DNA from: Bacteroidota bacterium
GTDB taxonomy: Bacteria > Bacteroidota > Bacteroidia > JAFLBG01
Length of the DNA: 64,000 bases
NCBI GenBank assembly: GCA_017303975.1
Contig: JAFLBG010000001.1
Span: 91,988-155,987, forward strand
Direction: 5' to 3'
Below are positions 49,801-60,425 of this stretch, in pieces (positions within the stretch are counted from its first letter, which is position 1; each line of letters begins with the position of its first letter). The position numbers and the translations under genes were made by a program. Under the pieces are notes generated by a model that saw only the letters and a list, made by a program, of their open reading frames with translations, was not told the DNA's origin and did not search any database.

Positions 49801-50265
49801 TCTGTTTATCCGGGAAATAGTTTAGTGTTGCAATCTTCTCTTGCAGCAGCTTATTTGTGGGATGGTGGTGAAACAACAGCTTCAATTACGATAACTCCAA
49901 CGCAAAACGATGACTACTGCGTTAAAGCATTTAATGGATCGTGTTTTGATACCGCCTGTGCTTTTGTGTATGTTTTAGATTGTGATGCCGGGAAACTGTT
50001 TATTCCCAACGCTTTCTCGCCTAACGGTGATAAAGAAAACGATGTTTTATGCATTTATGGTACGGAGTGTTTCGGTTCTTTCGAGTTTTCTGTTTATGAC
50101 AGATGGGGGGCATTGGTGTTTAAAACAACAGATTTAATGCAGTGTTGGGATGGAACTGATGGCGGTAAAAAATTGAACACAGCCGCATTTAGTTTTTCAT
50201 TTATTGGGATAACAAAGAAACAGGAAAATGTGCAGATAAACGGAACTATAAATTTAGTTCGATAA
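46810..50265 (+). CDS. T9SS type-B C-terminal sorting domain protein (1151 aa) with PKD domains and tandem Cys-containing ~40-aa repeats
   Basis: Signal peptide. W.FGDG motifs. Five tandem repeats ending 'GCDS[IV]'. C-terminus 'FSPNGDKENDVL...VYDRWGALVFKTT...WDG' is TIGR04131-like. Confidence 0.85.
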   Translation: MYKHILFILFFVVGSLANGQNVVASFQVPTNDSICVNNQITLLLTGSTGDSIQIKWGEGLSETVTAPYNKVAHVYSTTGVFTLTITAYDQPNPVAVGTLTITVLAAPMVDFSYSFSDPCAKPNINVQFTNQSVAGLFNFSWNFGDGTIAGTSTLENPTYSYAQPGGYVVSLTAQNTVCSNTKSKPILFPNDSTLVSAINYTVGCPCNSINFSAPGTATNWTWYFGDGATASGQNVAHAFPEPGEYLVSVVGSNTGTGCEYKKATLLTVCSGDINIGSSKSNNNWFFFNNNGLDFSGANPVFVGGGQMNPSTGEGGATISDPKTGALLFYTNGQTIYNANHAVMTNGNGILSGVSATESALIIPNPGNIKQYYVFTSSGASSGSQGYRYSIVDMSLSGGLGSVTTKNAALFLKSGFQSEVLKGAVKKVAENCNLAEYWVIVPTSQDTFRTYLVSSSGIAAPVISSLANPAVAKKMNRAVMGSAISPNRRMYAVIEGTVSSTQYNRIRLVDFDLNTGILSNQQIIEPGIEQLYGIAFSPDNTKLYAGGKNYIIQIDLTNNNFPTYIPVSGLVASMQLAPNNKVYFVRPDSTWLSEIQNPNNPGLSCNLIVNSIYMNGNKLRYGLQNAAPIHFSIPDTAQSNLSVNLTPSQCSLTLPIVNLSDTLSKPPCTFYTNDTLRYQWSFGDGGTSNVYNPGIHTYSVAGTYSVQLVVSRPRTCTADTFITTANAVVPPAVASVTLSSFCDSTFFKNNWYLNSSTVLDTLIAASYSGCDSVVQYNLVIHKSNNIASISTIVCGGYTSPAGKIYTQSGIYKDTIATYLGCDSIITINLSVTANAILNNSLTASCDSVLFKSKWYYTNQVVSDTAIGVAPGGCDSIVNTTIQINNSIATNGNVNICNGQSVFIHGISRSTSGVYSGNFLRSNGCDSISNINLSVLAPIQSTVSVSACDSAFVKGAWQYTSQLVKDTLFGASATGCDSIVVTDITILTAPIALVSPVTASVYPGNSLVLQSSLAAAYLWDGGETTASITITPTQNDDYCVKAFNGSCFDTACAFVYVLDCDAGKLFIPNAFSPNGDKENDVLCIYGTECFGSFEFSVYDRWGALVFKTTDLMQCWDGTDGGKKLNTAAFSFSFIGITKKQENVQINGTINLVR

Positions 50266-50880
50266 CCCTTTTGTAGCTGTTTCAAGTGCTGCTAAAAACT
50301 CCTGTTGAATACGTACACCCTTATCTTTTGCGTACCAGGCGTGCACTGCTGCATACATTTGTTCTTTAGGGGTAGTAGGATTTTTCTTATACTCCAATAC
50401 TATATTCTGTGCGTCTTTCGGTCGAGGCCCCCAATGACCTAGAACACTAAGAGTTTCCGAGTCTAATACTACGATTATTGGAATTGCTTTAGCACCGTTG
50501 GTTAGAAACAAATCTATTATTTTGGGGTTCTTGTCGCGCAGAATATACTTTGCGGTTATATTACTATTTAACAAGCATAGTTTGTTAATGACAGGAAGTA
50601 TTTGTGAAGCATCTCCACACCAACCTTCGGTAATTATCAAAAGTGTAATCTTTTTATTGATAGCAGCTATTTTGTTTTTTACATCATCGGCTACAACAGC
50701 TATTTTATCCCACTTATTCATCCGTTGCACATTCATCTTTGTGTAATCAACCATTGATTCTGAATGGTCCGTACCTGTTGTTTGATGTTGTTCTAATAAA
50801 TTATCAATTAATGAGCGGTATTGAGAGTAGCTTATAGCGTTATTGAGTAATTCCTGTGTAATTAGAGTGTTCATATGCAT
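50254..50880 (-). CDS. Thioredoxin family protein (Thioredoxin_9-like)
   Basis: 'ITEGWCGDASQILPVINKL'. Confidence 0.65.
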   Translation of the reverse strand: MHMNTLITQELLNNAISYSQYRSLIDNLLEQHQTTGTDHSESMVDYTKMNVQRMNKWDKIAVVADDVKNKIAAINKKITLLIITEGWCGDASQILPVINKLCLLNSNITAKYILRDKNPKIIDLFLTNGAKAIPIIVVLDSETLSVLGHWGPRPKDAQNIVLEYKKNPTTPKEQMYAAVHAWYAKDKGVRIQQEFLAALETATKGLSN

Positions 50881-50931
50881 AAAGGTATTTAAAACTTTTC
50901 GTAAACTTGTTTACTGTCAATAACAATATAA

Positions 50932-51837
50932 ATGAGTTTTATCATTCCTCCATTCCTAAAAAAAAACGACACTATAGTCATTGTTGCTCCTGCGCGCAAA
51001 GTAACTAAAGCAGAATTGTCTCCTGCCATAAAAACCATACAGAGCTGGGGATTAAAGGTGGTGTTGAGTAAAAATTTGTTTGAAGAAAAGAATCAATTCT
51101 CTGGAACGGATGAACAGCGCACAAAAGACTTGCAAGATGCCTTAGACAATAAAAACATAAAAGCCATCTTTTGTGCACGAGGTGGATACGGCACGTTAAG
51201 ACTTATTGATAAATTGAATTTTACAAAATTTAAAAAGAATCCTAAGTGGATTATTGGCTTTAGCGATATTACAGTATTGCATGCACACATCAACCAAAAT
51301 TTGAATATCGCAACCATGCATGCTCCAATGCCATTGACCTTCAACAAAAACAAGGAGGCTGTTGAAACGCTTAGTAAATCATTGTTTGGAGAAGTTAACA
51401 AGTACACATTTTCATCAGAAATAATAAATGCGCCAAAAGCCAATAAGATAGAAGGCGCTGTGGTAGGTGGAAATTTATCCTTGCTGTATGCTATGCAAGG
51501 AAGCTCATCACAAGTAAACACAAAAAACAGAATAGTATTTATAGAAGATCTGGATGAATACCTTTACCACATAGACCGCATGGTGCTTAGCTTAAAACGG
51601 TCCGGTTTTTTTAAAGGCTGTAAGGCCTTGCTAGTAGGCGGAATGAGCGACATGAAAGACAACACCATTCCGTTTGGGAAAAATGCAAAGGAAATAATTG
51701 TGGATAATTTAAAAGAGTTGAAACTCCCTATTCTATTTAACTTTCCGGCTGGTCATATTGATGAAAACAACACCATTGTTTTCGGTAAAAAGGCTCTGAT
51801 TACATTAACTACTAAGAAAGCTGAATTTTCAAATTAA
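50932..51837 (+). CDS. LD-carboxypeptidase (peptidase S66, LdcA-like)
   Basis: 'IVIVAPARKV', 'GFSDITVLH' (nucleophile Ser), 'VGGNLSLL', 'FIEDLDEYLYHIDR'. Confidence 0.8.
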   Translation: MSFIIPPFLKKNDTIVIVAPARKVTKAELSPAIKTIQSWGLKVVLSKNLFEEKNQFSGTDEQRTKDLQDALDNKNIKAIFCARGGYGTLRLIDKLNFTKFKKNPKWIIGFSDITVLHAHINQNLNIATMHAPMPLTFNKNKEAVETLSKSLFGEVNKYTFSSEIINAPKANKIEGAVVGGNLSLLYAMQGSSSQVNTKNRIVFIEDLDEYLYHIDRMVLSLKRSGFFKGCKALLVGGMSDMKDNTIPFGKNAKEIIVDNLKELKLPILFNFPAGHIDENNTIVFGKKALITLTTKKAEFSN

Positions 51838-51851
51838 CTATTCTATTAAAA

Positions 51852-52520
51852 TTAGTCAATACTTTTTTTATACCCAGTTGGGATTTGAAATTTACCGTCA
51901 TCTAGTACTTTCTTTTGAATTTTAGTAACCTCCAAACGACCTATTTCTGTACCCGACAAGCTACTTTCAATAGCTAAAAAAGGAAACATTCCATCTGTGC
52001 CTGTTAGTCGCAAATAATACTGAGAAATCTTTTCTTTTCTATTCAACACTTTCATAAAACTAGAAAAGAACCCAAACCCTCCGGGTGCCATCCAGTAAGC
52101 AACTTGTGTGTTTTCTGCTTTGTTTTTAACAATGTACTCTGTGCATTTATAATTGTGAAGCACTTTTGTGTTTTTAGTTTTTATTATTTCAAAATTAGTT
52201 GCGGTGCCTGCATACTTTTTTACCGGCTGATCAAAATACGATTTGCGCTGATGACTAACCGCAGTAATTTTTTCTGCCTTCGTATCAATTAAAAAAGAGC
52301 CTTCGGTATTTTCATATTTAGCACCAACCTCATCCACACGAATCATGCTACCTTTTACATAATACATGTAATTACTTGTATCCACCTCTGTTTGCTTTTT
52401 GAATTCTATGGTGCCCTCAAACCCTTGAGCAGAGATAGATGTGGAAATAAGCAAGCAAAACAGAAAGTTATAAATTGATTTCATAGTTCTAAATTTTTTA
52501 ATTGCATTTTTTATATTCAT
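51852..52520 (-). CDS. Secreted hypothetical protein
   Basis: Signal peptide with an AQG cleavage context. 222 aa, beta-rich. Confidence 0.5.
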   Translation of the reverse strand: MNIKNAIKKFRTMKSIYNFLFCLLISTSISAQGFEGTIEFKKQTEVDTSNYMYYVKGSMIRVDEVGAKYENTEGSFLIDTKAEKITAVSHQRKSYFDQPVKKYAGTATNFEIIKTKNTKVLHNYKCTEYIVKNKAENTQVAYWMAPGGFGFFSSFMKVLNRKEKISQYYLRLTGTDGMFPFLAIESSLSGTEIGRLEVTKIQKKVLDDGKFQIPTGYKKSID

Positions 52521-52704
52521 CCGTGTTTGACTGATTTAGTTATATGGATGTTTGGTTATATAATTTAACTGTAATTAGTTCTTATACTAAAGTAACTGAA
52601 GTTTTGGCAAATAAACAATTGAAGTTTATAAAGAAGTATTCGTGCACGATTCAGCCAGTAGTATAAAAAAACGTCTTCTTATAGGACTAACATATAAACT
52701 ACGA

Positions 52705-55700
52705 CTAGCGAATTAAACTTACATGACCCGAATACGAATGCTGTTTACCAAACACATCTTTTAGGCTTACCTTCCAAACATATACACCTTCTTGCGCTAA
52801 ATCTGTTCCTCCTGCAACTTTTCCATCCCATGGTGTGGCAGTATCTGGCGAAGTTGTTTTTCCGGTAGTGTAAATAATGTTTCCCCAACGATCAAATATC
52901 CAAAGCTGATAACTCGTTATCCCTATTCCTTTTCCATTAAAATAATCATTTAGCCCATCGCTATTAGGTGTAATTGAATTGGGTGCATAAAACGAAAAAC
53001 TTGGTTTTATACGTATGCATTTCTTTGTAGAGTCTATACACCCCATATTTGTTGTCGCAATTAGGTTGATACAATAATTGCCCGTGTCAGAATAGGCGTG
53101 TGAGGCATTAAAACTAGTAGCACTATTTGTTGTCGAATTTTTTTCTCCAAAGTCCCATTGGTACCATGTTGCCCCATTGGTTTGGTTAGTAAAATAAATT
53201 ATCGGGTCTATCAGTTCTGTTTGAGTAGTACTTGGCATAAAATCTACACTAGGTAGTGGGCTTACAGCTATTGCGTTATTCTTTTTTACTGTAGCTGTGC
53301 AACCCTTTGAATCTGTTGCTGTCAGCGCCAAATCATAAATTCCTGTTGTATTATAACAATGCAAAACAGAATCTAATAATGAATTGACACCATCTCCAAA
53401 TGCCCAATTTAATTGATAATTTATATTTGATATTGGCTTAAATAAAATACAATTTCCCAAACAAACAGAAGAATCAGTGTACATAAAATCGATTACAGGT
53501 TTAGGAAAAATTGCTAACGTGTCATAATAATTAACGCTGCACCCCTTACTATCAGTTATATTCAGTGTGTAATTCACCGGAGTACTAATGCTTGTTTGAA
53601 GTGTGCCTGAGTTTATTGCAAAGGGTAACCATGTGTAGGTGTAGCCGCCATTCCCGCCCATCGCATTTGCAACAAGGTACGTACTATCGTTACCACAAGC
53701 AAAACTATTTCCAATTGTAGATGCTAGTAGTGGTGCAGGCTCGGTAAGAGATAATGTATCTGTCAATATACAGTTATTGCTATCGGTTATTTGAACATAA
53801 TACAGTCCGGCTATTAAATTTTTTACTGTGTCATTGTTTGAAATTGTTACACCTACGGTATTAGTCCATTGTATAGTGAAAGGAGAGACTCCCGAAATAA
53901 TAGATACATATCCCGTGCCATTGGAATCGGCATTGCAGCTTGGTGAGGTAAACGCTAAAGAAGTTGAAATAGCCGGTGCCACTCCTATAGCAACATACGC
54001 TGTATCAACTTTTACAATACAAGAATTGTCCTTTACCTGAACAAAATGATTACCTACAGATAAAGCTCCTGAGTTTGCATTGGTTGATCCGTTACTCCAT
54101 TGAAAACTATAGGCTGGAAGTCCGCCTGCAACAGATAGCACTTGAGCAGACCCATTCGAGTTGCCACATGCTGCAAATGCTTTGGTGGTAATAAGGAGTG
54201 TGTCTTCGGAGCAAGAAACGCCAGATGATATTTTATATACCGAAGAAGGATTTGAACTGTAGTCGCCATAGCCGCATGCATATAAGTTTCCATTCACGGC
54301 CCTTATACAAGAAGCTCCAAGTGGAGCTGCCAGTTGATTTACAAGATTTAGTGCGGTATCAAAAACTAAAATTTTTGGAGCAAATATAGCGGTATCACCG
54401 TAAGCAAAAATATTTCCACATTTATCTATAGTAATAGCAACTTGATTGCCAATGCCCATTGATAATGGAACAGAGGCATTGATTGCTCCGTTAGACTTAT
54501 TACACCTATACAAATAATAGTTTTTGTAAAATGGTTCGGGTACAATGAAAAAAACATATTTATCAAAATTGCTAATGTTGTTGCCCCCATTAGAAATAGT
54601 TGGGATTTGTATATTCCAGAGAATATTCAAATTTTTATCCACACGCATAAATCGTTGACTTGCAGCATCAACTCCCAATCCAAAAATATCTCCATTTGTT
54701 TCATCAATAGTAATTGATCCCATGTCATACCCACCAATACCGGACCCCGATACTTTGTTAGAAATAGTTTTAGTTGTACTGTCAAATACCGCAAAACAGG
54801 CGTTTCCGGATTGAGTAGATCCAACACCTGCTGCAATCCCATTTGTTTTGCAATTGAAATCAATATCCCATACCTCAAATAGATCCAGTGTATTTACAGT
54901 TGCAATCCAGTTTACTTGCCCATGGGTAGAAACACTGGCAATAGCACTAGATGGACCACCCGAATTAGACATTGCAGCAACATAACTCGTTCCCCCATGC
55001 GTAGTTTTAACATCAGCAACCGTTGCCCCGGTAATATACAATCTCCATTGTAATGCACCATTCATGTCTAATTTATTTAACCAAACCGTTGTCGTTTGAT
55101 TAATTGCTTCTAATACGTAGGTGTTTTCTAACGAGTCCACATCTAATGTAAAATAAGAATCGAAGGTTCCGGTGTTGCTATAAATCCATGGGTCTATCAC
55201 AAGTGTGTCGCTGTTGTTGTATTCTTGAACTTGAAAACGTACAATGTTTTTATTAAGCATAAAATTAGATGGGTGAAAAACCTGTTGTTGTTTTTGTGTT
55301 AAAAATGACTTTGGGGCACTCTCTGTTATTTTTCCGTTTTTAGTGCGAATTTGCAAGTTGCCTGTGTTTGTTATTTGTACATTAGTTGTACCGTTGTATT
55401 CAAGTGCAATTTGCTCACTTTTCGCACCGGGTAAAAGAATGATATTGTATTTAATTTTCCCGCTACTATCCACTAAATACTCTACGTTAATATTCGGATA
55501 AATATTTTCTAGAACAATTTTTCTAACACCCCTACAAGTTATTTGAGGTCTGCCATTGGCTCCATTATCCAACACATACATGTAGTTTAAGGGCAGTGTG
55601 TCAATACCTTTAATAGAAAAGTTTTTATTTGCTCCTATCCACCTTATTTTAACATACTCCGTAATTAGCTCTTGCTTTTCTTTTTCCTCTTTTTTAAACT

Positions 55701-55977
55701 TCATAAAATAATTTCGGAGGCGATTTTCTTTTTTTATAGTTGTTAGTTTGTAAATTATTTCTGCAGAGTCGGTTATAAAAACCGACAAATTTGAATGGTC
55801 GGTTCCGGCAACAATCTTTCCTGAGGCGAAAGGATTGTAATTAAACTGCCCGTTGTTTTGAATAAATGAAAAACTGCCGGCTCCGTTATATGCCCAGTAT
55901 TGAGGGTTTCCTGAGTAGGCTTTTGTGGCAAAAATCAAAAGCGCAATAGTAACCAGCAATTTGGATAAAAAATTCAT
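52705..55977 (-). CDS. T9SS type-B C-terminal sorting domain protein (>1000 aa) with PKD domains
   Basis: The ORF runs to 56034, but the signal peptide MNFLSKLLVTIALLIFATKAYS starts at 55977. C-terminus 'ITPNSDGLNDYF...QLWIFDRWGNIIYTTG...WDGK...YVWK...GHVSLIR' is nearly identical to the CTD of the 4199..6280 protein. Confidence 0.8.
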   Translation of the reverse strand: MNFLSKLLVTIALLIFATKAYSGNPQYWAYNGAGSFSFIQNNGQFNYNPFASGKIVAGTDHSNLSVFITDSAEIIYKLTTIKKENRLRNYFMKFKKEEKEKQELITEYVKIRWIGANKNFSIKGIDTLPLNYMYVLDNGANGRPQITCRGVRKIVLENIYPNINVEYLVDSSGKIKYNIILLPGAKSEQIALEYNGTTNVQITNTGNLQIRTKNGKITESAPKSFLTQKQQQVFHPSNFMLNKNIVRFQVQEYNNSDTLVIDPWIYSNTGTFDSYFTLDVDSLENTYVLEAINQTTTVWLNKLDMNGALQWRLYITGATVADVKTTHGGTSYVAAMSNSGGPSSAIASVSTHGQVNWIATVNTLDLFEVWDIDFNCKTNGIAAGVGSTQSGNACFAVFDSTTKTISNKVSGSGIGGYDMGSITIDETNGDIFGLGVDAASQRFMRVDKNLNILWNIQIPTISNGGNNISNFDKYVFFIVPEPFYKNYYLYRCNKSNGAINASVPLSMGIGNQVAITIDKCGNIFAYGDTAIFAPKILVFDTALNLVNQLAAPLGASCIRAVNGNLYACGYGDYSSNPSSVYKISSGVSCSEDTLLITTKAFAACGNSNGSAQVLSVAGGLPAYSFQWSNGSTNANSGALSVGNHFVQVKDNSCIVKVDTAYVAIGVAPAISTSLAFTSPSCNADSNGTGYVSIISGVSPFTIQWTNTVGVTISNNDTVKNLIAGLYYVQITDSNNCILTDTLSLTEPAPLLASTIGNSFACGNDSTYLVANAMGGNGGYTYTWLPFAINSGTLQTSISTPVNYTLNITDSKGCSVNYYDTLAIFPKPVIDFMYTDSSVCLGNCILFKPISNINYQLNWAFGDGVNSLLDSVLHCYNTTGIYDLALTATDSKGCTATVKKNNAIAVSPLPSVDFMPSTTQTELIDPIIYFTNQTNGATWYQWDFGEKNSTTNSATSFNASHAYSDTGNYCINLIATTNMGCIDSTKKCIRIKPSFSFYAPNSITPNSDGLNDYFNGKGIGITSYQLWIFDRWGNIIYTTGKTTSPDTATPWDGKVAGGTDLAQEGVYVWKVSLKDVFGKQHSYSGHVSLIR

Positions 55978-56749
55978 TTTTATGTGTTTTACATCGAAAT
56001 TAAAATCAAGAAAAATTAAAGTAGAAATTCTCAATTATTTGTTTATCCAATCAATAAATAAGCAAAACGAAAACACTAACAATGTGGCAAGCATCATCTC
56101 TTTTAGAAGAGGAATGGTGTTGTACCTTCTAGCATCTAATTGATATAATCGTTTCTCATTAATGAAGTTAAGATTTGTTTTCATTTGCATGTGTCTTTAA
56201 GTTGTTGATTATCAATAGTATTGGCGTGTTGTCATTATCGTTTATAGTAAGCTAGTGACAGATAGCAATTTCATAGCATTTTACTTGTTACTTCTTTTTC
56301 TACCAATATATATTCTAACTGATTAATCGACCACACTATTTTGTAAGAATCTAATACTCCTAAAATAAATAAAATGATGAAAATGCACATGGGTAGGTGA
56401 TTGAAAAATGCTCCCCCTTCAATTTAGCTATAGTTAGGCTTGCGTTTTCAATAGTAAAAAATTGTATAAATCTTTACACAATTAGGATACTTATTCTGTT
56501 GCTGATTTAGAAATATTAGCAGAATCTATAGGAGCAAATAGCGAATCCATTTTTTGTTTAGCAGCATCTTTCTTTTGACGCTCTGTTTGCTCGTTTGGAA
56601 GACAGCCACAAAACAATACCAACAAAAAAGCAGCACAACTTATTCTATAATTCTTGTTTAACATATTTTAATATACAAATATTCCTGTTTTGTTATAATT
56701 TAGCCCTACAATTTAATTCTTAATTACTAATTTTTAATTTATACAAATC

Positions 56750-57355
56750 ATGGCCTTTGAATTACCTAAACTACCTTATGCATATAATGCATTAGAAACA
56801 CATATTGATGCAAAAACAATGGAAATACACCATAGCAAGCACCATCAAGCATATGTAACTAATTTAAACAATGCAATTAAGGACACAGATGCTGACAAAC
56901 TAAGTATCGAAGAAATTTGCAAAAACATCTCCAAATATCCAATGCCGGTAAGAAACAACGGGGGCGGACATTTCAACCACTCGTTATTTTGGACTATTCT
57001 AAAACCTCAAGGTGGAGGAGAACCAACAGGTGCTCTTGCTGAAGCTATTAATAAAGCATTTGGAACATTTGCTGATTTTAAAACACAATTTGCAGCTGCT
57101 GCAACAACCCGATTTGGTTCTGGTTGGGCATGGTTGTCAGTTAGTGGAGGCAAACTTGTAGTTAGCTCTACACCTAATCAAGATAACCCTTTAATGGATG
57201 TTGCTGAAGTAAAAGGCACTCCAATTTTAGGACTAGATGTTTGGGAGCATGCGTATTATTTGCATTACCAAAACCGCAGACCAGACTACATTGCAGCCTT
57301 TTGGAATGTAGTAAATTGGGATGAAGTGGCACGCAGATTTGCTGAAGCGAAATAA
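56750..57355 (+). CDS. sodA: Fe/Mn superoxide dismutase
   Basis: 'HHSKHH', 'FGSGWAWL', 'DVWEHAYY'. Confidence 0.95.
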   Translation: MAFELPKLPYAYNALETHIDAKTMEIHHSKHHQAYVTNLNNAIKDTDADKLSIEEICKNISKYPMPVRNNGGGHFNHSLFWTILKPQGGGEPTGALAEAINKAFGTFADFKTQFAAAATTRFGSGWAWLSVSGGKLVVSSTPNQDNPLMDVAEVKGTPILGLDVWEHAYYLHYQNRRPDYIAAFWNVVNWDEVARRFAEAK

Positions 57356-57372
57356 CATTACTTAATTCTTCG

Positions 57373-57422
57373 AAGAAATGCCGAATTCATTCTTATAAAG
57401 AGCGTTTCGGCATTTCTTATTT
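57373..57422 (+). terminator. Probable Rho-independent terminator after sod
   Basis: AAGAAATGCCGAA ... TTCGGCATTTCTT (13-bp arms, long loop) followed by ATTTTATT. Confidence 0.45.
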
Positions 57423-57462
57423 TATTACAGTCGTTTTCTTACTTTAGTACTTACTAATTTAA

Positions 57463-58764
<1,302 letters not shown>

Positions 58765-59010
58765 ATTCAAAGTTTTCTACCCATTCATGATTTTTCTTTA
58801 GTTCCATTTCAGCGAGGGAACAACTCAACACAACACAATTTAATAATTAAGACTTACCTCTTCAACTCTATATTTAAAGGGTTGAAGGGGTAAATGTGTG
58901 CCGTAAAAATTTATTTACGCCCACCCGACAGAGCAATCTCTAAATTTATTATATTTAGTAACGAACAAGCATCTTGTACACTTGTTGTAATTAATTAATT
59001 ATTCACGTAT

Positions 59011-60339
59011 ATGGATACCCTTAAAGAAAAATTTGTAGCAAAAGCTACACCAATGGCAGCTGAGGTTAAAGCCTTAATTAAAGAACATGGTGATGTTAAA
59101 CTTGGAGAATATACTGTAGCTCAAGTTTATCAAGGGATGAAGGGGATGATAGGACTAGTAACCGAAACGTCTAAGTTAGATGCAGAAGAAGGTATTCGCT
59201 TTAGAGGATACACCATTCCTGAGTTGCGCGAGAAGCTGCCAAAAGCTCCCGGAGGTACAGAACCATTGCCGGAAGGGATTTTTCATTTAATGTTATTGGG
59301 TGAACTACCAACAGAAGAAGATGTTCACAATGTGAGTAATAACTGGGCTCGCAGAGCGATTGTTCCAAAACACGTGTTTGACGTATTAGATAAATTACCC
59401 GCAAACATGCATCCTATGACTATGTTTAGCATTGCAGTAACTGCCATGCAAACAGAATCATTATTTGCAGCAGCATACAGAAAAGGCGTAAATAAAAAAG
59501 AATATTGGGACCACACCTACGAAGATTCTATGAATTTAATTGCACGCCTACCAAGGGTTGCGGCTTATATTTATAGAAAAAAATACAAAGATGATGTGCA
59601 TATTGAACCAGATCCTAAATTAGATTGGGCTGCAAACCTTGCTCACATGATGGGTTACGAAGAGTTTAATGTAAAACGTTTGATGCGCATGTACATGACT
59701 ATCCATGCGGATCACGAGGGTGGAAACGTTTCTGCGCACACTACACACTTAGTTGGCTCTGCATTGAGCGACCCATATTTATCTTTTGCATCCGGAATGA
59801 ATGGATTGGCGGGACCTTTGCATGGTTTGGCAAATCAAGAGGTAATAAAATGGATTTTGGATATGCGCAAAGAGCTAGGTGTTGATCTACCAACCGAAAA
59901 GCAAATTGCAGATTATATACACAAAACATTAGTCGAAGGAAAAGTTGTACCAGGCTACGGACATGCGGTATTGCGAAAAACAGATCCTCGTTTTTCTGCA
60001 CAACAAGATTTTTATAATAGATACATTAAAGAAGGTGGAAAAGGAGATGATTTGTGTGAAATAGTACAAATGATTTACAAAGTTGCTCCTCCTATTTTAG
60101 AATCTACCGGAAAAATTAAAAACCCATGGCCTAATGTAGATGCGCATTCCGGAGCATTATTAATGCACTACGGAATTGTAGAATTTGATTTCTACACCGT
60201 ATTGTTTGGTGTTTCAAGAGCATTAGGAGTATTAGCGTCTTTAATTTGGGACAGAGCATTGGGTCATCCAATTGAACGTCCAGGATCGGTTACTACCGAA
60301 GGAATTAAGAAGAAGATTGCAGCTGCTGTAAAACAATAA
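59011..60339 (+). CDS. gltA: Citrate synthase
   Basis: 'GYGHAVLRKTDPR' signature with His/Asp catalytic blocks. 442 aa. Confidence 0.93.
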   Translation: MDTLKEKFVAKATPMAAEVKALIKEHGDVKLGEYTVAQVYQGMKGMIGLVTETSKLDAEEGIRFRGYTIPELREKLPKAPGGTEPLPEGIFHLMLLGELPTEEDVHNVSNNWARRAIVPKHVFDVLDKLPANMHPMTMFSIAVTAMQTESLFAAAYRKGVNKKEYWDHTYEDSMNLIARLPRVAAYIYRKKYKDDVHIEPDPKLDWAANLAHMMGYEEFNVKRLMRMYMTIHADHEGGNVSAHTTHLVGSALSDPYLSFASGMNGLAGPLHGLANQEVIKWILDMRKELGVDLPTEKQIADYIHKTLVEGKVVPGYGHAVLRKTDPRFSAQQDFYNRYIKEGGKGDDLCEIVQMIYKVAPPILESTGKIKNPWPNVDAHSGALLMHYGIVEFDFYTVLFGVSRALGVLASLIWDRALGHPIERPGSVTTEGIKKKIAAAVKQ

Positions 60340-60348
60340 CAATAGTTT

Positions 60349-60425
60349 GAAGGTTATAAAGTTGAAAAGTTTGAAAGTTGTTCTTTACTTTAAACTTTCT
60401 AAACTTTCCGATTTTAAACTAACGT
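60349..60425 (+). repeat. Solo palindromic element of the AAAGTTT-heptamer family (IR arms adjacent, no cargo)
   Basis: Left GGTTATAAAGTTGAAAAGTTTGAAAGTTG. 7-nt loop. Right CTTTAAACTTTCTAAACTTTCC. Arm complementarity is about 17 of 20. The left arm is about 80% identical to the left IR arm of 4HB cassette 2 (26241-26273). It fills the whole gltA-to-UbiD-like spacer. Confidence 0.6.

Noticed and set aside
56750-56760. Promoter call for sod
   Set aside because: The upstream region is AT-rich with several TA..TT stretches, but none matches TAnnTTTG with a properly spaced TTG. It could not be supported from sequence alone.
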